Part shown: positions 13,351 to 25,622 of the stretch, in pieces
How positions within the stretch are numbered: the first letter of the stretch is position 1
Layout of the letters: every line of letters begins with the position of its first letter
Source of the DNA: the human T2T-CHM13v2.0 reference genome, Homo sapiens
NCBI GenBank assembly: GCA_009914755.4
Contig: CP068257.2
Coordinates: 23,232,001 to 23,296,000 of the forward strand
Reading direction: 5' to 3'
Length of the DNA: 64,000 bases
Translations under genes and position numbers: made by a program
The notes under the pieces: model-generated
Database searches by the model: none
Told to the model about the DNA's origin: nothing
What the model saw: the letters and a program-made list of their open reading frames with translations, nothing else

Positions 13351-15354
13351 TTTTTAGATTCTTCATGTAAGGGAGTTTATGCGTAGTGTTTTTCTTTCTT
13401 TTAGGCAATATCCAGTTCAAATCCTCATTTGCCATAAAGCCTTGCAAGAGCACTCCTTCAAAAAGTGATCTCTCCTCTTCAGGTGGTATGGCATGATTTC
13501 CAAAAGTTTGCTCCATTGAATGTTCTGATCCTTGAAATGATGTGTTTTCTATAAATTATATTTTCAATTAAGTTTGGAAAGTACTATAGACTACAACTCC
13601 TCTTGCAGAGATTGAGAAGGCAGATTCACTATTAAGAGTTCTGAAATTGCCAGAATTAATAAATCAAATTAGCTTGGTTTAGTCTAGGTTTTTCTAACGT
13701 ACTTGATGATGGAAGCTTTCCCCGTCCGCTAAGATTTATTCACATCCTCCTGAATTATATTTCATATATCTCAATTTAAGAAATGCTATATTATGAAAAG
13801 TAGATAAAATATATAGTGATGAATTATTTTACTATTTTAGGGTGTGTTCATTTTTTGCAGTCAAATTGGTTATTTTCTTATTTTCCTTTTTGCACATTCA
13901 TGACTGCTTTGAGCATTGTGTTCTTTCTTGGTTCTCCCAAAATACCTAACAGCATCATGGTAGGTTTTCAATCTTTTTGATTTAGCAAAATTATTTTTAT
14001 AAAAATATGAATTAAACAAATATAAAAATAAAAAATATGTCTTGATGAAACACTAAGTAATACCATGTTTAATTAATTGTCTGAAAAGACATAAAAATGG
14101 CATAAAGAATAGTGTAGGTATACACATACCACAGAGCTTAAAAAATAAAACTTGAAAATAAAAGTTGAAGATCCTTGTATATCCCTTCCTGGTGGCATTT
14201 CATGCTATTTAGAGGAACTCACCATCCTAAAGTTATTCTTCCTCATTTTTAAAGCTTTTCTAACAGTTTATTACAAGCCCTGTATCCTTAAGCAGTAGTG
14301 TCGACTTATTTTATAATTTATATAAATGGTTCTGCTGTGTTTCTTTAACTTTTTTCTTATAAATATATTTGTGATTTTTAGCCTTACTAAAAAATAGTCC
14401 CAAGAATTTATACATTTAATGCTGAATAGAACCATGTTATTTGAGCACAATTATCATTATTATTATATTATTGTATATGCATTACAATTTGCTGGTGCTT
14501 GAAACAATACTTCTGTGAATATTCTGAAATGTAGCAGCATTAATGCTGTTGGATGTATTCCATTATACTTGGTCATAAAAGCAATTTCTGCACCATAATA
14601 TATGCATATGTTTACTTTCATTGTGTCCCAGTTACCTATTACTGGGTAACAACTAACCTCCAAAACGTTGTAGTGAAAAAGAACCACGATTTGATTTCAC
14701 TGACAGAACTGTGGATGTCTGGGATAGTGGAGAAGGCTGAGGTGGCTTAAATACTGATATATCTGAATCCTTTAGCTTGTGGACTCACATCTGCTAGTCC
14801 AGGAATTAAAGAAAAAAAAATACACACTGTAAAATCAGCCTGTGGCCTGATTGTATATGGCCCCTGAAATAGAAGTCATTTTTACATTTGTAAAGGGTTA
14901 TTTTTAAAAAGAAAAAAAAAACTCAAGGAAGTAATAGAAGTCTTTATGTGATCCTCAAAACCTATATTATTTATACTATGTGGCCTATTACAGAGAAACA
15001 AAATAAAAATAAAAGCTTTGCTAACAAATAACTTGGATATGGCATGTGACGAATTTTTTAAAAAATATATTATTACAAACTCTGCCTTTACTGATAAATG
15101 TAGTACAGCTGTATTTATTGTGTTTACTAGAAGGTTTAGGGTGTTTTCCCTACCATCATGTGTACTACTTTCTATTCATTATTTTTCCCTTTTACACATT
15201 TATATTTTTACAATTTATTTTTGAAATAAAATGTACACAGTGAAAAAAATGTCTTCAATATCTTATTTTGTTTAAGGATCATAACAAAGCTCTTAGTGTA
15301 ACTTTAAAATAATCTATAACTTAATCTACTATTTTGAGTGAGAACCGGTCTCAA

Positions 15355-15400
15355 AAATATATATATATATGTGTGTGTATATATATATATATATATGATG
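15355..15400. repeat. (TA)n(TG)n microsatellite
   Basis: 'atatatatatatgtgtgtgtatatatatatatatatatg'. Confidence 0.8.
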
Positions 15401-17016
15401 TTCTAGTGCTATTTCAATATAAACTAACTTAACTCCTGCCATAAGTTCTGCCCCATTAGCCAAATGCATTTTTAATATTTTTTCTTTGGATATAATTCCT
15501 AGGTACTTGCTTAGTGATATGATTCCATAATGCTTTGACCTAAAGCATCACATACATTTCAAAATTACCTGAATTCTTAATCTCTTATCCCCCAACTAAT
15601 AGTCTTGTGCAAAGATGCACAAGAATGTGCCTGAAGGCAATTTATATGCAGAATAAGTAATGCAGAGAGTGAGGCAATTATCGCAGCTGGTTATCTATAG
15701 TGATTAAATTCACCTTCGAGTTGCTCTCTTCTCCAAATCATATGACAAACACACAGGTAAAGGATTCAGTTAAAATTATAATTCCTTCCATTCACCAGGT
15801 AATACGTGTCTTCTTTCGTGGAAACAGAACTCATCTGAATGATTATGATTTGGCATTCACATAGAAAAGTGGTTCTCAAAGTTTAGTGCCTATCAAAATC
15901 ACCTGAAGAGCCTCTTAAAAAATGGAGTACTGAGTTCAAAAATAGAGTGCTGAGTCCTACTTCCAGAATTACTGATTCAATGGGTCTATAAGGGGCCAAG
16001 TTGTTGTGTTTCTAGCAGGTTTCCAGGTAATGGTAAAGACGCTATTCTCGGCATCACTTTAAGAATCATTAATCATCGCTACTATTAAAGAATCGATCAT
16101 ATTGCAACACCCGGAATAATAAGGAATATTAAACATTCCCCCATTTTCAGAGCAATCCTAGCTTTATATAATCAATTAGGGCTTACCCATTCTTTTTGCC
16201 AACTTCTAGTAATTTACCAACTCTGTCTGTTAAGTATAAATTAAGCTGCTGACCGAAGTTCTTATTATATTTCCTCAATTGTGTATGAGAAATGAAATAT
16301 TGAATGAAATCATCACTTGACCAGAGATAAATCCTTACAATATTTTTAGAATGCTAAATCGTATTAGTATCTCCATTAAAGAAATTAGTACAAATTAAAG
16401 GAGATCAGGAAACTCTGTGGGACAGGTTTTGTGAATCAATTAGGTAGGCTGATTATCAAATTAATACTTCCAATTATTCTTGAAAGAAATAATTAAGCAC
16501 CATAGCCTGTCTGCTTAAGAAGAAGAAGTTGGAACATAAATAGGTAGAACCATGTTTATATATGTAGGGTAAGGTTGAGAGAGAAGAGAAGTCCGGTAAC
16601 AATGATGCATTTCATGAGGCATCAGAAAACATCCATGATTTCATCAATTCTAGAACTGCTTAGATTTCTTGCATTTCTGAGGTTGCTACATAAAATACAG
16701 AACACCCAGTTAAATTTGAATTTCAAATGAACAATGGATATCTTTTAGCACAAGGATGTCCTAAATATTGCATGGGAAATATATTACTATAAATTATTTA
16801 TTATTTTTCTCAGCATTAAATTTAACTAAGGTTTTCATCTGCTAAATCTGGCAACCATATTCTAATTGGACCTGCTCATGTAAAACATTTGGCAGATGTA
16901 TGGCTGTATATGACCAGGTAGGAATAAAGAGGTTTTTTTCTCTATTTTTCCCAATATATATCATTGTTTGTATCATACAGTGTTTAGTTAGGGAAACATA
17001 ACTCCTTTGAGAATTA

Positions 17017-17451
<435 letters not shown>

Positions 17452-17689
17452 TCTGGGAATCCAGGCATGTCCAATTTCTGGAGTAGGAATGTGAAGGAAA
17501 ATTAATAAAAAAGATTATGAAGGGCTCTTCCCTCTCTGCCTTTGGAGGTTGGCCTATGGACAACAAAAATATAGCCAATGGGTGAATGATGTTCAGGATA
17601 TAGATCAACAGGTCAAGAGTGAAGTTGGAATTGCAGATAAAGATTTCAGTTGCTCCCACCAACATAGTAATTTAAGCTAATTGGCACCC

Positions 17690-18050
17690 TATACTTCTTG
17701 TCTTAGTTGAGGGTTCTGTAACAAAAATACCATAGACTGGATAGCTAAACAACAAGCATGTATTTCTCACAGTTGTAGAGGCTGAGAAGTCCAAGATCAA
17801 GGTGCCACCAGATCCAGTGTCTGGTGAGAGCCCTCCTTCTGGTTGCACATGGCTGTCTTCTTGCTGCATCCTTACATGGTAGAGAGGGGAGAGCAAGAGC
17901 AAACATGTGTCTCTTCTTATAGGGGCACTAATGTTACTAATGAGGGTTCCACCCTCGTAGCCCAATTACGTCTCAAAGGCACCACCTCCCAAAATCATCA
18001 CATTGGGGTTTATGATTTCAACATTTGATTTTTTGGGGGTGATGCAAACA
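17690..18050 (-). mobile_element. MaLR/ERVL-class solo LTR (same family as 3122-3430), antisense
   Basis: 'ctcacagttgtagaggctgagaagtccaagatcaaggtgccaccagatccagtgtctggtgagag...tccttacatggtagagagggg...aggggcactaatgttactaatgagggttccaccctcgtagcccaattacgtctcaaaggcaccacctcccaaaatcatcacattggggtttatgatttcaacatttgattttttggggg'. Confidence 0.55.
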
Positions 18051-18520
18051 TTCAGCCCATAGGACTTTTCCTATTTCTATTCTTATCAGGCACTATGGCA
18101 AGTTGTAGATTTGTAAATCCCCTGTTAATAAAGAGATCTCTCTAACTGAATTCTCACACTTGTGCCTTGGTTTGTTATTTCAAAACACTAAAAATTTTTT
18201 GCATTACTTAGTAGCAGATATGTTTCAATCAAAAATACATAGGAAAAATAATAAGACAGTCAACTGTTTTATTTTTCAAAGGTAGGGGAGGCATTTTATT
18301 TTATTTTTTAAACTTTCCTAACCCTATTTATTACATAAATAGGAGAATTTATGAATTTCTTATGAAAACAAGACTAGAAGAGACTAAAGTGAAGACATCG
18401 AGCCTCCTCACTGGCTGACGTTTATTGTTGAGAAAAGTTTAAGCCCCTTCATATCTTCCACATCTCCCATAACTTCTATTTTGGCATAATGCTAAAAGAG
18501 TATTCTATATATTTAAATAT

Positions 18521-18636
18521 AATGAAGGCTATAGTATATTCAAAAGTTGGATTACATTGACTAGTCAATTCAAACAACCATTAATGGTTGTCAGTCAATG
18601 TAATCCAACTTTTGAATGTGCTATAGCCTTCATTAT
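18521..18636. repeat. Near-perfect 116-bp palindrome (inverted repeat with about 44-bp arms)
   Basis: Left arm 'taatgaaggctatagtatattcaaaagttggattacattgact'. Centre 'agtcaattcaaacaaccattaatggttgtc' contains the perfect 16-bp palindrome caaccattaatggttg. Right arm 'agtcaatgtaatccaacttttgaatgtgctatagccttcatta' is the reverse complement of the left arm with 2-3 mismatches. Confidence 0.75.
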
Positions 18637-18777
18637 ATTGCATTAAATGCAGCTTAAACTTCCTGAGCAGTTTAAGCACTTTAAGCTACACTGCTAATCT
18701 GTTATAATAGACTAATGCAATGTTCCATTGTTTGTGTTCATTCTGAGTCTGCGAATTTAGTCCTTTCAATTCACTCT

Positions 18778-19262
18778 TTTTTTAATATTATTTTATTATA
18801 TTTTTATTTATTTTTTATTTTACTTTAAGCTCTGGGGTACAAGTGCAGAACGTGCAGGTTTATTACATAGGTATACATGTGCCATGGTGGTTTGCGGCAC
18901 CCATCAACCCATCATCTACATTAGGTATTTCTCCTAATGCTATCCCTCCCCAGCCCCCCACCCACTAACAAGCCCTGGTGTTGATGTTCCCCTCCCTGTG
19001 TCCATGTGTTCTAATTGTTCAACTCCCACTTTTGAATGAGAACACATGGTGTTTGGTTTTCTGTTCTTGTGTTAGTTCGCTGAGAATGATGGTTTCCAGC
19101 TTCATCCATGTCCCTGCAAAGGACATGAACTCATCCTTTTTTATGGCTGCATAGTATTCCATGGTGTATATGTGCCACATTTTCTTTATCCAGTCTATCA
19201 CTGATGGGCATTTGGGTTGTTATCAAGTCTTTGATATTGTGAACAGTGCCACAGTAAACATA
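18778..19262 (-). mobile_element. L1 (L1PA-type) 3'-terminal fragment, about 430 bp, antisense, with an AT-rich tail at the left
   Basis: 'gggtacaagtgcagaacgtgcaggtttattacataggtatacatgtgccatggtggtttgcggcacccatcaacccatcatctacattaggtatttctcctaatgctatccctcc...ttccagcttcatccatgtccctgcaaaggacatgaactcatcc...gtctttataatagaa'. Minus-strand ORF 19019..19201 translates to the L1 ORF2 C-terminus ('MIDWIKKMWHIYTMEYYAAIKKDEFMSFAGTWMKLETIILS'). Confidence 0.88.
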
Positions 19263-19289
19263 TGTGTGCATGTGTCTTTATAATAGAAT

Positions 19290-19585
19290 TATTTATTTTA
19301 ATTTGAGATGGAGTCTTGCTCTGCTGCCCAGGCTGGAGCACAGTGGCATGATCTCAGCTCACTGCAACTTTTGCTTCCCAGGTTCAAATAATTCTCCTGC
19401 CTCAGCCTTCCAAATAGCTAGGATTACAGGTGCCCACCACCAAAGCCAGCTAATTTTTTGTATTTTTAGTAGAGACAGAACTTCACCATGTTGGCCAGGC
19501 TGGTCTCGAACTTCCAGCCTCAGGTGATCCACCCACCTCGGCCTCCCAAAGTTATGATTACAGGCATGAGCCACTGTGCCTGGCC
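19290..19585 (-). mobile_element. Alu SINE (full length), antisense, abutting the 5' end of the L1 fragment
   Basis: 'tttgagatggagtcttgctctgctgcccaggctggagcacagtggcatgatctcagctcactgcaac...ggcatgagccactgtgcctggcc'. The tail side 'ttatttattttaatt' is on the left. Confidence 0.9.
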
Positions 19586-20811
19586 TCAATTCACTCTCTT
19601 AACCAGAAAAATCAGTCAAATATTAGATTATTCCACAGTTAAATTATAATTAAAATAATCTGAGCAACTTAATCATCAACATTCTTTTATTTCTTAATAT
19701 ATATATTTTAAATTTCCTAACTAAAATGTATTGATTTAGTATTTTTTAAAAAAGTGTTTTTAGTATTCATATTTTGTACAAGTGCATGGCACATACGTAA
19801 ATTTAAGAAATATTAAACTTATTAAGATAACAAGAATTTCAAGTACTTATTTTTTATGTTTCCAACACCACTTCTTTTTTTATTTTTTATTTTAAGCTGT
19901 TTATCATGTTAGGGCTAATGAGCATGCAGTATAATATGCTTACATATTATTTATGTAATTCTAGAATTACCTATTTTGATGACAATGCTAAATTCTTATG
20001 CCTCTTTTTTTTAATTACTACTGATAGCACAGTTAGATTTTCTACTCTCAATTTTATAAAAGTGGAAAAATATAATATTCATTTATATTTTAGGTAAAAA
20101 TTTGAAAATCTATAATTTTAACAATTATTTTCCATAACCTAAATGTGACTGTATGTTTTGAATATGTATAAACAGTGAATATTTATTTTAATAAATACTG
20201 TTTTGCAGTCCATGTAAACCATGCAGAAGCAAATTTATTTGGGACTGATTACAGACTTTAATAGCTCATCTCATGAGGACATAAGCAGATCAAATTAAAG
20301 TATTAATAATACTCTGACACAATTGATTTGATACTCCAGGCGAAAATATTATCATGGATCACAGTGCAGGAAAACATGGTATTGGTTATTCTAGGTAAAT
20401 AAAGGGTAGGAAATTTATTATACTTTTTTTATTTTGACCCCATGAGGTAAGATTTGGTCTTAAATGCTACATGATCATAGCATGAACCCAACAGCTTAGA
20501 ATTTCTAAGCCATCCTAAAATTGCTTTAGTGACGTTTAGTAAACAAATATTTTTGGATGTTTCTTTTTACCAGGCAATATGCTGGGCATGGGGAATATGA
20601 AGATGACAGAAGTACACATTATCCCAGTTTATTAGTTTATGTTTACTGTTTGTTTTATATGTTATGAAAGAAAACAAATGAATAGAAAATTCAAATAAAC
20701 AGAGAAAACAAATAGTGGGTAATGTGCACATGTTTACTTTAGAAAGGTGACTGGAACTGGCTTTTCTGTGGAAGCAATATTGAATGGGAGATTTAAAAAT
20801 CAAGAAGAATG

Positions 20812-21110
20812 GCCAGGTGCAGTGGCTCACACCTATAATACCAGCACTTTGGGAGGCTGAGGCAGGTGGATCACATGAGATCAGGAGTTTGAGACCAGCC
20901 TAACCAACAAAACGAAACCTCATCTCTACTAAAAATGCAAAAATTAGCTGGGCTTGGTGGTGAGCACCTGTAATCCCAGCTACTCAGGAGGCTGAGGCGG
21001 GAGAATTGCTTAAACCCAGGAAGCGGAAGTTTCAGTGAGCGGAGATGGCACCATTGCACTCCAGCCCTGGGGGCAAGAGCAAAACTCCATCTCAAAAAGA
21101 AAAAAAAATC
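20812..21110 (+). mobile_element. Alu SINE (full length) with TSD
   Basis: 'ggccaggtgcagtggctcacacctataataccagcactttgggaggctgaggcaggtggatcacatgagatcaggag...ctccagccctgggggcaagagcaaaactccatctcaaaaagaaaaaaaaa'. Flanking 'aaaaatcaagaa' before the 5' end and after the tail. Confidence 0.9.
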
Positions 21111-21784
21111 AAGAAAAAGATAGTTATAGGAACCACAGGGGGAAGAGCAGTCCAGAAAAGTGTGGTAGCCCTTGGTTAATGTGAAGAAATTAAGAGAAGT
21201 TCAGTTTAGCTTCAGAGTATATCACATTGGATGATATCGAAGACAGACATGAATTCATATTTTATTTCAAGTAATAAGCAAACGTTGGCCCTTCATAAAC
21301 ATAAAAGATAAATTGTGCAATTTATATTTTTGAAAAGTCATTCAGTTTGCTGTGTTGATATTGCAGAGTTATATAAAAAGTGGGAAGACCCTTTCCGTGG
21401 CTGTAACAGTAAGATAACAGAGCTGATGGTGGCTTTCACTAGGGGAGTGGAGATGAAATTTGTGAGGACTCAGGGAGAACAACTGTGATAGTAATAGTGA
21501 TTGTAATATATAGTGGCCAAGGGTATTTACAACAGGAATTATAATGTTGCGTAATGGAATCTAGGTTAGACAAAAGAAAAAAGGAATGCCAAAAGATACT
21601 AAATCATCATGAAAATAGCATGAGAATAATGGCCTAAAACTTACAATGAAATTAAATAATTGAGATATTGAGATTTTTAAGCAAGTATTATGGAAGATAA
21701 GAGGTTGCAGTTGGGAAACAAACTTCTAGAAATAAAATTCCAAAGGTAGCCCAAAATCTGAAGATGATACATCCAGCAGGGGGC

Positions 21785-22135
21785 TGTCTTAGTCCATTTG
21801 AGCTGCTGTAACAAAATGCCTTAGACTGGGTCATTTGTAAACAGCAGAAATGTATTGTTCACATTCTGGTGGCTGGAAAGTGTAAGATCAAGTTGCCAGC
21901 AGACACAGTGTCTGTTGAGGGCTTGCTCTCTCCTTCACAGTTGGCACCATCTTGCTGCATCCTCACACGGTGGAAGGGACAAACAGGGTTTCTCAAGCAT
22001 CTTTTACAAGACCACTAATTCCAGTCATGCCCTCATCACCTCCTAAAGCCTCCACCTCTTAACACTGTCACAATGGCTATTACATTTCAACATAAGAATC
22101 TGTGGGGCACACCAACATTCAAACCTTAACAGTGT
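21785..22135 (-). mobile_element. MaLR/ERVL-class solo LTR (same family as 3122-3430), antisense, diverged
   Basis: 'ctgtcttagtccatttgagctgctgtaacaaaatgccttagactgggtcatttgtaaacagcagaaatgtattgttcacattctggtggctggaaagtgtaagatcaagttgccagcagacacagtgtctgttgagggc...tcctcacacggtggaagggacaaac...ttcaacataagaatctgtggggcacaccaacattcaaacc'. Confidence 0.55.
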
Positions 22136-24493
22136 CCATGGCAGTGGATAGATAGGTAACTTGGAGGGGAAGGAAAGATAAATGATAACAAGACAGACTG
22201 AGGCAGTAGAGTGTTAGATAGTTAAGCTCTGCAGAGGTGGAATTCAAAGTGATTAATGACAGGCATTCAGGGAAAGGGGAACAAAGTCTTTAGTGAATTA
22301 GATGAAGTTAATAGAAGTTAAAAAATAGAGTCTGGACTTTTAAATATAATTGTTGAGCTTTAAAAGCAATCCAGAAGTTGAAGCTATAAACAAAGCTACA
22401 ATTATTCATTAAAGTACTATAAAACAAAGCAATCTTCTCATCTCAAATGTAGAGATAATTATATTTGATTTGAAATTACATAAATTGAATTTCAACCTTA
22501 GCATGATAAAGCCCTTTGAGAGTCTTAGAAAGAAGCTGCTACATATATACAACTTATTACCATTAGAAAAGCAACTTGACCCTGAAATCTGTGCTTGGAA
22601 TGCATTTTATTTTTCTAATTTATTATTTTAAGAGCAGTTGTAATACAAAATACAATTCCGTTTAAATAGATATATAGTATAGTATGACTTCAGATTTGTT
22701 TATTGTGCTTTATTATATAAGTAAAAGAAAAAATAATGTTTTCCTTAACAAAGCAATAAATTTATTGTGCAAAGGCAAAGATTGCTTCAGTTTGAATTTC
22801 TTGCCAAACCAGATAATTAGAACATACAAACAAGGGCTGATTTTTTTTCGCAGAATATAAAGACTGATATAAGGAGACATGCATTATTGGAAAGGCAATT
22901 ATACATCAAGAGTTTGTCCAAAAGAGAAGATGCATCTGGCGTTTCTAATTTGATATATGAGTAATCTGAGATTGAATTTATCACAGAAAAACCTGTAATC
23001 ATAGGACCTTTAGAAAGATCAAATTATGGGTGATCAGAAAGCATTAGCATCACCTGTGAATCAGGAATGCTTCTGCTCTAAGGAAAAGCCTCTTGATTCA
23101 AAACTTTTTCAATTTTTTTACCCCAGTTTTTTCTTACCACAGTTTCCATCAGTCTGGCACAAGAAATCTTTGGCTTAAAAAACAAATAGCAGGATAAGAA
23201 AATCTTAAAGTGCAAACTCTAAACACAATGCATAAATAAAGTTCGATATATTTAAAATATTTTTAATTTTCTTTGAGTTCCCTCCTAAATACTGGCTATA
23301 TTTCTTTGGGTTCCTTCCTAAATGTGAGTATCAGCTAACATTATAAAACAAAACATGTAATTAAAAATTTGGTTTCATTGCTAATTATCCATTCCTAGAA
23401 TTCTAGGCTGAAAGACAGTGCTTAGTTTTAATATTCGAGTAAGGTATTTCTAAAAAACATTATGCATCTGGAACAGTGGTTTCTAAAGTCCAGGGTTATT
23501 TCCACAGACTTACATTCTTAGCAGAGAAGTTTAGTTATTTATTGACATGGTAAATTATTGAGCTCTGAATTTTTGTTTCCTCTTCTCTGTGGAGGTAGAT
23601 GAAGTTAGATGAAGCAAAAGATGATTTCTACCACTCTGTATTCTTTGGATTCCAGTGATGTAACTTAACTCAAAAACTTATAAAAGCAAATGAAGTCCAT
23701 TGTACAAATGTGCAATGGAAATATTAAGACTTTGGTTGAAAGTTTGATTAAAATAAAACTGACATCATATAATTCTAACAGTGCTATCGAAGCCATGCAT
23801 CTGATAGCATTGCTGCTTTAATTCATAATTTATAAGAATGAGGAAGAGCTGGCTAACATGTCTGCATCTGTCAACCTTAATGTGTTATGATTACTAAAAA
23901 TCTGTAATTAAGTGAAGAACTGCTAGTCTTTTTTTGTGTTTGCGGACAGATCTTAAACAAATAAAATTCTATGGAAGTGATTTGACAGAGCCTAGGAAAG
24001 AGGAGGAATGCTATAGCATTAAGAGCTCATCCTCTGAGTTAGATAAACTATGTGTTCGTTCTGTCTTTCCCACTTATAGGGGTGTAATTTTCAGAAATTC
24101 AGCTGGTTCCCCTAAGCCTCATATTTGTTTGTAAAATATTATTATTAAATGAATAGAGTTTTGATAATTAAGTACATGTTATATATAAAACACTTAATGA
24201 CCTTCATGTAGTTGACCTCAGTATATTACATGTACATATACATAATACATGTATGCATATGTGTGTTTATATGTATACTTGTAAATGTTTTCTTATTATT
24301 AGATAGATACTCAAAATGGATTTTGCTCAGAGAATTTACATCACAAATATTATTGTACTCTATAGCTTCTTCCATTAAAAAGGCATGTGCAAAATTCAAG
24401 TTCATAAAACCATTTCTTAAGTAGCAGGAAAATCACCATCTCCACTATATTCTATTTTAAAATTTTCAGAAAAATCAGTTGACATTAAGATGG

Positions 24494-24926
24494 TGTATTA
24501 GTCTGTTTTTACACAGAGCTGCCTGAAACTGGGTAATTTATAAAGAAAAAAGGTTTAATTAACTCACAGTTTCACATGGATGGGGAGGCCTCAGGAAACT
24601 TACAATCATGGCAGAAGGTGAAGCAGGCACATATTACAGGGTGGCAGGTGAGAGAGAGAGAGAGAGAGAGACGGAAAGAGAGAGAGAGAGACAGACAGAG
24701 AGACAGACAGACAGAGAGACAGACAGAGAGACAGAAAGAGGAAACCACTGCTGATGAAACCATCAGATCTCATGAGAACTCACTCACTCTCACAAGAACA
24801 GCATGGGGGGAAACCACCTCCATGATCCAAACATCCCCCACAGGTCCCTCCCGAGACAGGTGGAGACTACAGTTTAGATGGCAATTCAAGATGAAATTTG
24901 GGGTGTGGACACAGCCAAACCATATC
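24494..24926 (-). mobile_element. MaLR LTR, MST/THE1-like, antisense, carrying an internal (GA)n/(GACA)n microsatellite
   Basis: 'tgtattagtctgtttttacacagagctgcctgaaactgggtaatttataaagaaaaaaggtttaattaactcacagtttcacatggatggggaggcctcaggaaacttacaatcatggcagaaggtgaagcagg...catcagatctcatgagaactcactcactctcacaagaacagcatgggggg...tttggggtgtggacacagccaaaccatatcag'. Confidence 0.85.
24645..24742. repeat. (GA)n / (GACA)n compound microsatellite inside the LTR
   Basis: 'gagagagagagagagagagacggaaagagagagagagagacagacagagagacagacagacagagagacagacagagagacagaaagag'. Confidence 0.9.
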
Positions 24927-25556
24927 AGATGGTAAAAGAGATTTCATTTGCCATGTAAATACATCACAAATGTAATCTTCTACCTTTTTGTGTCTACTTT
25001 GCTGCATGTCATTCACTCATTTATCTATCCCTTGGTCACTACAAAATATAGAAGTGCCTACTAAACCACATTGAATTACTCTCAGTGTGATTTTTAAAAT
25101 ATGCTCTAATATTGCTTTAATCAGACTGTCTCAATAACCATAGCAGCTCATTGTACAGCTGTTAGATAAAAAGAGTTTTACTTAATTGCCTTGAAGTTTA
25201 CTTGATTTTGGAACTGTACATATCTGAGTCACTGATAATGTTCTAGAAATGGTTTCTGCAAATTTGCAGATTAACAGACCGTTTCTATGGATTACTTATG
25301 TTTGAGTTCTGTAAATCTAATTTAAATAAGTAGCTGTTTTCCTCGATGAGCAATTTTATAAAGAAGCAACTATTAATGGGGATCTGTTTATGGATTATTT
25401 AATGTCACTATGAAGTTTTAAATTTTTTTCTTGGAGAACAGAAACACCAAATCTTAACAACAAACCAAATAAACAAACTTCTCAAACACTTAAATTAGAA
25501 AATAAAATTAGATAAGCATAATAAAATTAGAAAAATGTGATATTCTTATTATCTTG

Positions 25557-25622
25557 AAGATAAATTATTTCTGCTCCATAATTTGTTTTTAGAATAATTT
25601 CTGCTCCATAATTTGTTTTTAG
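25557..25622. repeat. Local 33-bp tandem duplication (2 copies)
   Basis: 'tttctgctccataatttgtttttagaataat' followed by 'ttctgctccataatttgtttttagaatactt'. Confidence 0.8.

Noticed and set aside
24576-24935. 119-aa ORF with an arginine/glutamate-rich 'RERERERRKERERDRQRDRQTERQTERQKEE' low-complexity segment
   Set aside because: The reading frame runs straight through the (GA)n/(GACA)n microsatellite inside a MaLR LTR, so the peptide is a translation artefact of a simple repeat.
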